64,000 bases of DNA, taken from positions 157,858-221,857 of the forward strand of contig CALRVV010000004.1 of assembly GCA_943371705.1 (NCBI GenBank), in the 5' to 3' direction. The stretch comes from Chitinophaga pinensis. Its GTDB lineage: Bacteria > Bacteroidota > Bacteroidia > Chitinophagales > Chitinophagaceae. Made by a program: the position numbers and the translations under genes. This document shows positions 10,296 to 19,259 of this stretch, piece after piece (positions within the stretch are counted from its first letter, which is position 1; each line of letters opens with the position of its first letter). The notes under the pieces are model-generated. The model saw nothing but the letters and a program-made list of their open reading frames with translations, was not told the origin of the DNA and did not search any database.

Positions 10296-11529
10296 ATTGG
10301 GGGTTATTTAATGCATGAAGGATTTCATCTGCAGAGATATTAACCGAAAAATAAGTTTTCAGTTTATTGATCACGCCTTCTACCAAAGCATCCGGACAGC
10401 TTGCTCCGCTTGTCATTAATATCCTCACCGGTTTTTTATGGGTAAGGAAATTTTCAGTTAATTGTTCCGATCTACTGTGCATATTATAATGCAGTATTGA
10501 ATTGCCCGACAATATTTTTTCTTCGCTGCTGATAAAGTAGGTGGGCAGCCTGGATTCGCATAATTCCACCAGATGCGAAGTGTTGCTGCTGTTGTAGCCT
10601 CCTACCACAATGGCCAGTTCGGCATCCTGCTCCAGTAAACCGTATACCGCCGTTTGGTTGTCGTTGGTGGCATAGCATAAAGTGTCCCTGGTTTCGGCAA
10701 AGCGCTGCTCTATGTTGTTTTCACCGAGCTTATACCGGGTCATCATCACCTGTTTTAAGAAATCGGCAATTTCCTGTGTATCGCTGGCCAGCATGGTTGT
10801 TTGGTTTACAACGCCAATACGATCCAGGTCTTTATGCACATCAAACCCTGCAGAACATTTACCGGCAAAATCCTGGTTGAATAAAGCAGCATTTCTTTCG
10901 CCGGTAATATATTTACTTAAGATTTCGGCATCGTTCAGGTCATTCACAATAATGGTTGGCGTATGTGCCGATGCATGGGAGAAGGTAGCCCTGGTTTCTT
11001 CATGTGTTGGTTTGCCGTGTACTACCACCGTGTAATTTTTTTTGGCGATCTGTTCACTGCGGTTCCATACTTTTTCAACAAAGGGGCAGGTGGTATTATA
11101 CCGGTAAGTTTCAATACCAATACCGGTAAGTTGTTTTTCAATATCCAGTGTTGTACCAAAAGCCGGAATGATCACTACATCCTCTTTGGTTAATGTATCA
11201 AATGGGATCACCTGTTTGCCATGGGTATCCTGCAAAAACTGAACACCTTTTTCAAGCAGATCGGCATTTACCTGCGGGTTATGGATCATTTCACTCAATA
11301 AAAAAATCCGTTTCCCGGGGTTTTCTTCAATGGTACGGAATGCAATCTCTATTGCATTTTCTACTCCATAACAAAATCCAAAATGCCTGGCCAGGTAAAT
11401 TTTAAGCGAACCATAATCGAGCAGGGTAGGCGTAAAATCTTTTTTCATTTTATCCAGCTCCTTACGTTTGTTTTTAATGGCCGCAATTAACGGGCTGCGG
11501 TATATGATGGGGACGTCAAATTTTTTCAT
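10294..11529 (-). CDS. ispH: 4-hydroxy-3-methylbut-2-enyl diphosphate reductase
   Basis: GFCYGVENA, IHNPQV, TTCPFV, HEET, NQTT, TLCYATNDNQ, SSNTSHL motifs; start set at MKKFDV. Confidence 0.95.
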   Translation of the reverse strand: MKKFDVPIIYRSPLIAAIKNKRKELDKMKKDFTPTLLDYGSLKIYLARHFGFCYGVENAIEIAFRTIEENPGKRIFLLSEMIHNPQVNADLLEKGVQFLQDTHGKQVIPFDTLTKEDVVIIPAFGTTLDIEKQLTGIGIETYRYNTTCPFVEKVWNRSEQIAKKNYTVVVHGKPTHEETRATFSHASAHTPTIIVNDLNDAEILSKYITGERNAALFNQDFAGKCSAGFDVHKDLDRIGVVNQTTMLASDTQEIADFLKQVMMTRYKLGENNIEQRFAETRDTLCYATNDNQTAVYGLLEQDAELAIVVGGYNSSNTSHLVELCESRLPTYFISSEEKILSGNSILHYNMHSRSEQLTENFLTHKKPVRILMTSGASCPDALVEGVINKLKTYFSVNISADEILHALNNPQ

Positions 11530-11546
11530 GGTAAAAATAACAGCTA

Positions 11547-11554
11547 CAAAGGTA
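11547..11554 (-). promoter_or_regulatory. Bacteroidetes -7 promoter box for ispH
   Basis: TACCTTTG on minus strand matches TAnnTTTG, 17 nt before the ATG. Confidence 0.6.
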
Positions 11555-11603
11555 CATGGTTGATAACAAAATCCGAACCTGAACTTTATATGCATCCAGT
11601 GCT

Positions 11604-11611
11604 TACATTTG
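11604..11611 (+). promoter_or_regulatory. Bacteroidetes -7 promoter box for the GH13 gene
   Basis: TACATTTG matches TAnnTTTG upstream of ATG 11638. Confidence 0.55.
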
Positions 11612-11637
11612 AATACATAATTTAACCCGGTTCATCA

Positions 11638-12930
11638 ATGAACAATGCAATTTATAAAAGAGCTGACTGGATTGCCAATACCAATATTTATGAAGTAAAT
11701 ATCAGGCAATATAGTGCCGAAGGCAGTTTCAAAGCATTTGCCGAATCCTTACCCAGGCTGAAAGATATGGGTGTTAAAGTACTTTGGCTAATGCCCATAC
11801 ACCCCATTGGCAAAATTAACCGCAAAGGCAGTTTGGGCAGTTACTATTCCATAGCCGATTTTAAAGGGGTAAACCCCGAATTTGGGACGGCAGCCGATTT
11901 TAAAAAGCTGGTTGAACGGGTGCATGAACTGGGGATGAAACTGATCATGGACTGGGTTGCCAACCATGCTGCCTGGGATCATGTATGGACAAATGAACAC
12001 CCGGAATATTTTGTACGGGATGAGGAAGGAAATTTTAAAGCACCCTACGACTGGACAGATGTTATACAGATTGACCATAGCAATGAAGCAGAACAGGATG
12101 CCATGATCGATGCCATGCAGTATTGGATAACCGAGTTTGATATTGATGGATTCAGGGCCGACCTGGCTCACCTTACCCCGCTTGGTTTCTGGAAGAAGGC
12201 CAGGACAGCCATTGAGCCTTTAAAGCCCAACCTGTTTTGGCTTGCCGAATCGGAAGAGATCAGTTACCACGAGGTTTTTGATGCCAGTTTTACCTGGGAG
12301 TGGATGCACATTACTGAAAATTATTACAAGGGTAAAACCGGTATCCATAGCCTATACGAAGTACTTGCAAAATATGTTGCTTCGTTTCCGGAAACAGCGC
12401 ATCGGTTATATTTTACCAGCAACCACGATGAAAATACCTGGAATGGTACCGGAAATGAAAAGTATGGCGATATGCTGAAATGCCTGGCTGTATTTAGTTG
12501 TACCTGGAACGGGATACCCCTGATATACAGCGGAGAAGAAATGCCCAATACCAAAAGGCTTCCCTTTTTTGAAAAAGGTGCTATTGAATGGAACGGAGCA
12601 TACCGGTTACATGATTTTTATAAGACCCTGTTGACCCTGCGTAAAACCAATCCGGCATTGCGATCGGCGGATGAGGCAGTTTCTACTTTTCATATACTAA
12701 CCGAAGGCGGTAAAAATATTATGGCTTACTTACGTAAACATGATCTGTATGAAGTGCTGGTTTTTTTAAATTTAAGTGCAGCGCCCGCAGGATTTACCAT
12801 AAAAGACCAGCTTATTAATGATGTTTACACCAACGTTTTTGATGGTTTGGAAAATCATTTAAATGCCGGTTCATTTATAAAAATGCAACCCTGGGATTAC
12901 CTGGTTTTTGAAAGAAGAATAAAGCCATAA
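11638..12930 (+). CDS. Alpha-amylase family glycoside hydrolase (GH13)
   Basis: DWVANH, DGFRADLA, WLAESE, FTSNHD catalytic regions. Confidence 0.92.
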   Translation: MNNAIYKRADWIANTNIYEVNIRQYSAEGSFKAFAESLPRLKDMGVKVLWLMPIHPIGKINRKGSLGSYYSIADFKGVNPEFGTAADFKKLVERVHELGMKLIMDWVANHAAWDHVWTNEHPEYFVRDEEGNFKAPYDWTDVIQIDHSNEAEQDAMIDAMQYWITEFDIDGFRADLAHLTPLGFWKKARTAIEPLKPNLFWLAESEEISYHEVFDASFTWEWMHITENYYKGKTGIHSLYEVLAKYVASFPETAHRLYFTSNHDENTWNGTGNEKYGDMLKCLAVFSCTWNGIPLIYSGEEMPNTKRLPFFEKGAIEWNGAYRLHDFYKTLLTLRKTNPALRSADEAVSTFHILTEGGKNIMAYLRKHDLYEVLVFLNLSAAPAGFTIKDQLINDVYTNVFDGLENHLNAGSFIKMQPWDYLVFERRIKP

Positions 12931-12959
12931 AAAAAGGGCACCATGTGGAGCCCTTTTTT
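12931..12959. terminator. Bidirectional terminator
   Basis: AAAAAGGGC-accatgtgga-GCCCTTTTT between convergent genes. Confidence 0.8.
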
Positions 12960-12975
12960 ATGTCTGTTCAACCCC

Positions 12976-14514
12976 TTAATTTTCATCCAGCGAAAGCGGG
13001 TATTCATATATGCCATCATAGCCCGGATAAAACCCACTTACGGTTATATTTTTATTTGTGCCTATGGCAGATTTCAATTCATTCACATTCTTCACATCCT
13101 TTTCATTTACTTTTAAAATAATGAAGCCATCCTTCATCCTGGTCTGGTCGTTAATAACCCCTTCATTGATCTTCTTTACAATTACGCCGCCTGCAACGCC
13201 GTATTCGCGTGCTTTTCGGTTATCAAGCGAAATAAATTCGGCTCCTAAAGTTTCTAAAGCTGCATCTGCTTTTACAATATCGTAATTGCCTGCTTTGTTT
13301 TTTAAAGTTACCAGGGTGTTATTTTCCTTTCCGTTTCTTGTATAACTGATGGGTATTTTATCACCCGGTTTCTGGCGGCTTATCAAACCCTGCATTTCGG
13401 CACCATTGGTTATTTCGGCACCGTTTACTTTTTTTAGGATATCTCCTTTACGTATACCTGCTTCGTATGCACCACCATCGGTAGGCACATCGGTTACGTA
13501 AATGCCTTCGGCAGTTGCCGGAATTCCCTGACGCTTTTTTTCATCTTCCGTTAAATCGCTGGCATTTACAAAACGTACACCCAGGAAGCCTCTTTGTACG
13601 GTTCCAAATTTGATCAGGTCGTCTATTACTTTTTTTACAATATTAACCGGTATGGCATAAGAATATCCCGAGTAATATCCGGTTGGCGAAGCAATGGCAG
13701 AGTTAACACCGATCAGTTTACCATCGGTGTTGATAAGGGCGCCACCGCTGTTTCCCATATTTACTGCGGCATCTGTTTGTAAAAAGGATTCAACGCCCGA
13801 GCCGGGGTCTCCGTTCTTATCTTTATTTAAACCCAGTGCCCTTGCTTTGGCACTGATGATACCGGCTGTAACGGTTGTTTCCAGGTTAAGCGGATAACCA
13901 ATGGCCAATACCCATTGCCCGATCTTTACATCATCTGAATTGCCGTATAATAAAAAAGGCAATCCTGCAGCTTCTACTTTTATTACGGCCAGGTCGTATG
14001 AAGGATCGGAACCTATTAATTTTGCTTTATAGGTTTTTTTGTTGCTGAGTGTAATATTTATTTCATCGGCATTTTGAACCACGTGGTTGTTGGTTACAAT
14101 GTATCCGTCTTCGCTGATGATGACACCCGAACCACTGGCCCTTTGTTCGGGTATTACACCACGGCCACGGTTGCCAAATAACTGGTTAAACATATCATCA
14201 TCAAAAAGATCGCTGAACGGATTGCTGGGCTGAGCCTTGGGCAAACCATTGCCAACCTGTTTGGCGTTTGTTTTGGTTTTAATATGCACTACTGCAGGGG
14301 TTGCTGCCTGGGCAGGAGTGGTAAAATCAATGCTACTGCCCGGAGCTGTGGCTCCATCAAATACGCCTGCATATTTATAGTTGGCAGGCACTATGCCTTC
14401 CTGCTGCCCGGCATAGGTATTGTTTTTTGCAACGTAGGTTCCATAACCCCAGATAACGGCCAGGGCTGTTGCTGCACTAATTGTGATCGTAAAAAAAATC
14501 TGTTTCCATTTCAT
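12976..14514 (-). CDS. Do/DegQ (HtrA) family serine protease with PDZ domains
   Basis: SGSGVII, TNNHVV, DLAVIK, QTDAAVNMGNSGGAL; two PDZ-like C-terminal domains. Confidence 0.93.
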   Translation of the reverse strand: MKWKQIFFTITISAATALAVIWGYGTYVAKNNTYAGQQEGIVPANYKYAGVFDGATAPGSSIDFTTPAQAATPAVVHIKTKTNAKQVGNGLPKAQPSNPFSDLFDDDMFNQLFGNRGRGVIPEQRASGSGVIISEDGYIVTNNHVVQNADEINITLSNKKTYKAKLIGSDPSYDLAVIKVEAAGLPFLLYGNSDDVKIGQWVLAIGYPLNLETTVTAGIISAKARALGLNKDKNGDPGSGVESFLQTDAAVNMGNSGGALINTDGKLIGVNSAIASPTGYYSGYSYAIPVNIVKKVIDDLIKFGTVQRGFLGVRFVNASDLTEDEKKRQGIPATAEGIYVTDVPTDGGAYEAGIRKGDILKKVNGAEITNGAEMQGLISRQKPGDKIPISYTRNGKENNTLVTLKNKAGNYDIVKADAALETLGAEFISLDNRKAREYGVAGGVIVKKINEGVINDQTRMKDGFIILKVNEKDVKNVNELKSAIGTNKNITVSGFYPGYDGIYEYPLSLDEN

Positions 14515-14686
14515 TTTTCGTAGGTTTTATTTATTTCAACAATTATATAAGGTTTTTGTTTTGATGCCGCAAATCAGTGATCAACTCCCGTGCCGGCTCA
14601 TGCAAAATAACGAAGCAATGACAAAATGTTATTGACCAACTGCCATGTTTAACAATTAATTAGGAAGGGTTTCGTAGATTGCATTT

Positions 14687-14809
14687 TCCCGCAGATTTCG
14701 CTGATGTCGCAGATTTAGTGGCTTTGCATTTTTTTTACCTCAGCTTCTTAGTAAAACTCAGTACTAAGCTTGTTGATTTTTTTCTGCGCCATCAGCGGCA
14801 TCTGCGGGA
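14687..14809. repeat. MITE-like element with 27-bp terminal inverted arms (CGCAGAT type)
   Basis: 14687-14713 TCCCGCAGATTTCGCTGATGTCGCAGA versus reverse complement of 14783-14809 (3 mismatches); inner hairpin CTTAGTA/TACTAAG. Confidence 0.75.
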
Positions 14810-14812
14810 TAA

Positions 14813-15808
14813 TTATAAAGTTAACAAAAACTGCATCGTATCCACTCCGTCGGCATAATTCATCAAACTGGGGCATTGTGCCTGTCCGAATGCAATGCCG
14901 TTTTTACCGCAAATACATTGTATATCGTTGTTCCCGGCCAACTGGTCCAGCAGCTTTTTTTCATCCTCATAAAAACTGTAATTGAGCCTGCTGATGGCTG
15001 CAAAAATGGCATCGGATTCAATTAATAAAAGGCTGCCATTGGTCATATAAAAAACATTATTCAGCAGCGCAATGGAAAGCTGGTAATCGTAATTATTTTT
15101 AAATTTATGATGATCGGCAAAATAGGTATACTTGTCAAAAGCGCTCAGCAACGGCACAAAATCGTAACCGGCCGGTACAAATAACTGGGTGATGTTTCTG
15201 CATCCCAAACCAAAATACTGGTGTATATCGTCCGACAGCAGTTGCAGCTCATCCTGCGTTTCTTCTCCGGTTAAAACGGCTACACTTGTGCGGTTGCGGC
15301 GAATGATACTGGGGTATTTTGAAAAATATTGTTCAAAATACCGGGCAGTGTTGTTGCTTCCGGTAGCAATATAGGCATCGCAGCCTTTCAGCATATCGGC
15401 AAATGCGATATATGCAGTAAGCGAAGGCTCCCATGCGGTCATTTTTTCAACCAGGTGCTTCAGCAGGATATCATCTTTAGAAGATAATTTGATGGTCTGT
15501 TTATGCCCGCTGATGAACACGGTTAAAAAATCATGAAAGCCCACCAGCGGAATATTCCCGGCCATTACAATGCCCATGTTTTTTCCGCCCACATTGTCGT
15601 CGAGGTGATAGTGGCGGGCCCACTGCTCCAGTTTTTCTTTTTGCAAAAATTCGTTGCAGATATTTTCAACGGCCAGGTCAATAAATGCTTCGGTAAACCA
15701 GCCATTTTGAAATGAGGCTTTTGTTTTTATATGCTGCCATTCTTCGCCGTTGGCAGATAAATATTTTTGCAGGCTTTGTAAAATTTCAATTCGTTTTTGT
15801 AAATTCAT
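14813..15808 (-). CDS. Acyl-CoA reductase (LuxC-like)
   Basis: GIVMAGNIPLVGFHD, IKLSSKD, YIATGSNNTARYF, YFGLGCRN; start may be 15829. Confidence 0.85.
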   Translation of the reverse strand: MNLQKRIEILQSLQKYLSANGEEWQHIKTKASFQNGWFTEAFIDLAVENICNEFLQKEKLEQWARHYHLDDNVGGKNMGIVMAGNIPLVGFHDFLTVFISGHKQTIKLSSKDDILLKHLVEKMTAWEPSLTAYIAFADMLKGCDAYIATGSNNTARYFEQYFSKYPSIIRRNRTSVAVLTGEETQDELQLLSDDIHQYFGLGCRNITQLFVPAGYDFVPLLSAFDKYTYFADHHKFKNNYDYQLSIALLNNVFYMTNGSLLLIESDAIFAAISRLNYSFYEDEKKLLDQLAGNNDIQCICGKNGIAFGQAQCPSLMNYADGVDTMQFLLTL

Positions 15809-15871
15809 GCTGTTATTATTAAATTGCACCTGGCTTCCATAAGGAGGTTGTAAAATTCAAAATTACGATAG

Positions 15872-16219
15872 ATGGCTATAAAGATCACAGAAGAATGTAT
15901 TAATTGCGGAGCCTGCGAGCCCGAATGTCCCAATAACGCTATTTATGAGGGCGGTGTTGAATGGGCGATATCCGACGGAACAAGCATTAAAGGTATGTAC
16001 ACTTTGATGGATGGAACCGTAGTGGATGCCAGCCAGCGCCATGCACCTTTAAGTATGGACGTGTATTACATAACACCCAACAAATGCACCGAGTGCCAGG
16101 GTTTTCATGAAGAACCACAATGTGCGGCAGTTTGCCCGGTAGATTGCTGTGTTCCGGATGAAATGTATGTAGAAACAGTGGACCAATTGCTGGCGAAGAA
16201 GGATAAGATGCATATTTAA
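15872..16219 (+). CDS. 4Fe-4S dicluster ferredoxin
   Basis: CINCGACEPECP and CTECQGFHEEPQCAAVCPVDCC; divergent from acyl-CoA reductase. Confidence 0.93.
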   Translation: MAIKITEECINCGACEPECPNNAIYEGGVEWAISDGTSIKGMYTLMDGTVVDASQRHAPLSMDVYYITPNKCTECQGFHEEPQCAAVCPVDCCVPDEMYVETVDQLLAKKDKMHI

Positions 16220-16290
16220 GCCCGGAAGTGGATACTGAGGCATGAATAATTCACCGCCGAAGATTTCCACTCACAAAATAAATCTTTCGG

Positions 16291-16308
16291 ATCCGCCGCC
16301 TGGCGGAT
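16291..16308. repeat. REP-like palindrome ATCCGCC-N4-GGCGGAT
   Basis: Perfect 7-bp arms; same arms recur at 51171-51188. Confidence 0.6.
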
Positions 16309-16337
16309 CACAGGAGCAGGGAATATTTCCTGCAACA

Positions 16338-16375
16338 GGGTGAAGGTATTTGTAAAAAATACCTTCGCCTTTTTT
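16338..16375 (+). terminator. Rho-independent terminator
   Basis: GGGTGAAGGTATTT-loop-AAATACCTTCGCC then T tract. Confidence 0.75.
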
Positions 16376-16403
16376 ATTACACCAAAATTTATTACATTGT
16401 TGA

Positions 16404-16883
16404 ATGAATAGCATTTTACCTGTGTTTATTGCAGCCCTTTTGTTTTCGTCCTGTGTTCTGAAGCCTGATCAGGAAAATAAGGCAGATGCTTTTGCTAAAA
16501 TGGAAATGATGGAGGCCGACAGAAAATTTTCGAGGATGAGTGCAGAAAAAGGAATGAAAGCTGCTTTTATAGAATACATAGACAGCAATGGGGTTTTACT
16601 GCGACCCGGCCACCTGCCCATTGCCGGTGCCGATGCCGTAGATTTTTTGATACAGCAAAATGATGCTGAATATACCATGTCCTGGGAACCCAGCAATGGG
16701 CATATTGCCAAATCAGGCGAATTGGGCTATACCTACGGGGTTTATGCATTAAGGCCGTCGGTAAAAGACACGGTCATTTATGGTACCTATGTCAGTATCT
16801 GGAAAAAAGAAAAAGGCGGCACCTGGAAATTTGTATTAGACAGCGGCAATGAAGGCATTGGGGATCCTGTACCGGAACAATGA
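16404..16883 (+). CDS. NTF2-like (YybH/DUF4440) lipoprotein
   Basis: Lipobox LFSSC; SGELGYTYG, GTYVSIWKK, WKFVLDSG typical of this family. Confidence 0.8.
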   Translation: MNSILPVFIAALLFSSCVLKPDQENKADAFAKMEMMEADRKFSRMSAEKGMKAAFIEYIDSNGVLLRPGHLPIAGADAVDFLIQQNDAEYTMSWEPSNGHIAKSGELGYTYGVYALRPSVKDTVIYGTYVSIWKKEKGGTWKFVLDSGNEGIGDPVPEQ

Positions 16884-16996
16884 TGATACAGGGTTGAGAA
16901 AATGTTAAATTGTAATAAAAACAAATGCCCGCAACTAAAAAAGGTTATCCGTAATCTATATTTCGTTTCTTTGTAAAACAACCTGTAGCAATCCAG

Positions 16997-17977
16997 ATGA
17001 AAAAAAAAATAGCATTGATAACCGGTGGTTATTCCGGCGAAGCGGTTATTTCATACAAAAGCGCCAATAACATAGAAAAGCACCTGGATGCAGATAAATG
17101 GGAAACCTACAAGATCGACATCAATCCTGCAGGCTGGAACTACATGTCGCCTGGTGGAGAAACTACCCCGGTTGATAAGAATGATTTCAGCATTACCCTT
17201 GACGGAAAAAAAATAAATTTTGATGCCATACTGGTTGGCCTGCACGGTACACCCGGTGAAGATGGCAAATTGCAGGGTTATTTTGATACCCTGGGCATAC
17301 CCTATACCAGCTGCGATACCGCCACTTCTGCATTAACTTTTAATAAACGTTACACCGTTGCCGTAGCCGCTTTTGCCGGCATACAGGTAGCCCGGTCGGT
17401 ACACCTGTTCAAGCACATACCGGTTACCACAGCAGCTATTTTAGCTACACTCAAATTACCTGTTTTTGTAAAACCAAACAATGGAGGCAGCAGCATTGGC
17501 ATGAGCAAGGTAAAAGAGCCCGGCGACTTGCAGGCCGCACTGGATAAGGCATTTGCAGAAGACGACCAGGTGCTGGTGGAAGAATTCATTAAGGGAAGAG
17601 AATTGACCATTGGTGTTTTTAAATCAAAAGGGGAAGTGATCGCCTTGCCCATCACCGAGATCATTGCGAAGAATGAATTTTTTGATTACCAGGCCAAATA
17701 TGAAGGCGCCAGCGAAGAGATTACCCCGGCAAATTGTGATGAAAGCATGGCTGAAAAAATAAGGGCCGAAGCAAAAAAAGCCTATGCTGTATTTAATTGC
17801 AGCGGATTGGTGAGGATCGATTTTATTTATGATGAAGCATCCGGCAATCCGTTTATGCTGGAGATAAATACGGTGCCGGGACAGAGTGAGGCAAGCATCG
17901 TGCCACAGCAGGTGGTGGCCATGGGGTGGACTTTAAAGCAGTTTTATACCGCTTTGCTGGAAGAATGTTTTTACTGA
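16997..17977 (+). CDS. ddl: D-alanine--D-alanine ligase
   Basis: GGYSGEAVIS, LHGTPGEDG, FVKPNNGGSSIG, LEINTVPG. Confidence 0.95.
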   Translation: MKKKIALITGGYSGEAVISYKSANNIEKHLDADKWETYKIDINPAGWNYMSPGGETTPVDKNDFSITLDGKKINFDAILVGLHGTPGEDGKLQGYFDTLGIPYTSCDTATSALTFNKRYTVAVAAFAGIQVARSVHLFKHIPVTTAAILATLKLPVFVKPNNGGSSIGMSKVKEPGDLQAALDKAFAEDDQVLVEEFIKGRELTIGVFKSKGEVIALPITEIIAKNEFFDYQAKYEGASEEITPANCDESMAEKIRAEAKKAYAVFNCSGLVRIDFIYDEASGNPFMLEINTVPGQSEASIVPQQVVAMGWTLKQFYTALLEECFY

Positions 17978-18049
17978 GTGATGATACAGCTTAAAACTTT
18001 GCAGTGTAAAAAATAATCGTACAACAATTAAAAATATTAAATTCACAGC

Positions 18050-18880
18050 GTGTTTAAATTCATTACCGGTAAACCCCTTTGGGTAAATTTCATTGCTGCA
18101 ATTGTCATTGCATTCCTGATCTTAGTATTGTTTTTGAAAATGCTGGGCTGGATAACCAAACACGGTGCCTATTTAAAAGTACCGGCGGTAACCGGCATGA
18201 ATACCAATGAGGCTGTTAAGCTACTGGAGAAAGCAGGTTTTGATGTATATATACAGGATTCGGTATTTACCGATACCGCCAAACGCGGTTCGGTTTTAAA
18301 GCAATTGCCCGATGCCAATGCAACCGTAAAAGTAAACCGTACGGTCTTTATTACGGTAAACCGTTATGTGCCGCCCATGCTTGATATGCCAAAACTGGAA
18401 GGACAGAACCTTGCCTTTGCCATTCGGATGCTGGAGCGTAATCATCTGAAACTGGGTGATACCACATTCAGGCCCGATTTTATGATGGGCTCGGTGCTGG
18501 AGCAGTTGTATAACGGAATGCGGATACCGGAGAAATCAAAAATTCAATGGGGAAGTAAGATCGATCTGGTGATCGGCGGTGGCCTGGAAGACAGGCAGAT
18601 ACCTGTTCCTGCCTTGACCGGCATGAGTTATGCGGAAGCCAGTGCTTACCTCAATGAAAACGGGATCGGCCTGGGGGCAGTAATAGCCGACGGGGCCATA
18701 ACAGACACCAGCTCGGCCTATATCATCAGACAAAGCCCTGAGCGCTTAGACGAAGAGAACATGCTTATCTATATCCGTTCGGGACAGATCATGGATGTAT
18801 GGATATCGCAGGTAATGAAAAACCCGGTTGATTCTGTAGAAAAGAAAAAAGAAAATCTACAACGAAAAAAAGAAAATTAA
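18050..18880 (+). CDS. PASTA domain-containing protein
   Basis: GTG start, N-terminal TM helix, three VP/MP.L.G PASTA repeats. Confidence 0.88.
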   Translation: MFKFITGKPLWVNFIAAIVIAFLILVLFLKMLGWITKHGAYLKVPAVTGMNTNEAVKLLEKAGFDVYIQDSVFTDTAKRGSVLKQLPDANATVKVNRTVFITVNRYVPPMLDMPKLEGQNLAFAIRMLERNHLKLGDTTFRPDFMMGSVLEQLYNGMRIPEKSKIQWGSKIDLVIGGGLEDRQIPVPALTGMSYAEASAYLNENGIGLGAVIADGAITDTSSAYIIRQSPERLDEENMLIYIRSGQIMDVWISQVMKNPVDSVEKKKENLQRKKEN

Positions 18881-18884
18881 ACCC

Positions 18885-19190
18885 ATGCAAATTATTACCG
18901 CAGAAGAAATAAAAGCCCGCCTGGATGCAGGTGAAACCATTCATCTGGTGGATGTACGTGAACCGCATGAACATGCCGAATTTAATATCGGAGGCATGTT
19001 GGTGCCATTGGGAAAAGTGCAATCCATGCAGACAGAAGAATTAGAGGATATGAAAAATGAAGAAGTGATCTGCTACTGCCGCAGCGGTGCAAGAAGCATG
19101 CAGGCCTGCATGATACTGGAACAAATGGGTTTTACCAATATGAAAAACCTGGCCGGGGGAATGCTGGGCTGGAAGCAACTTTTTGGCTAA
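18885..19190 (+). CDS. Rhodanese-like domain protein
   Basis: LVDVREPHE, CYCRSGARS, NLAGGMLGW. Confidence 0.92.
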   Translation: MQIITAEEIKARLDAGETIHLVDVREPHEHAEFNIGGMLVPLGKVQSMQTEELEDMKNEEVICYCRSGARSMQACMILEQMGFTNMKNLAGGMLGWKQLFG

Positions 19191-19224
19191 AGCAGTTATT
19201 GGTTAAGGGAATGCTGTTATGGTA

Positions 19225-19252
19225 TCAAGTAGCAAGTAGTAAGTAGCAGGTA
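19225..19252. repeat. Heptamer tandem array, 4x NNAAGTA
   Basis: TCAAGTA GCAAGTA GTAAGTA GCAGGTA. Confidence 0.65.
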
Positions 19253-19259
19253 TCCACCA

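Noticed and set aside
10294-11529. ispH as part of the putative terpene cluster
   Set aside because: It lies about 26 kb away among unrelated genes; ordinary MEP-pathway housekeeping gene.
14813-16219. LuxC-like reductase as bioluminescence
   Set aside because: No luxAB, luxD or luxE; the divergent reductase-ferredoxin pair is a common Bacteroidetes arrangement.
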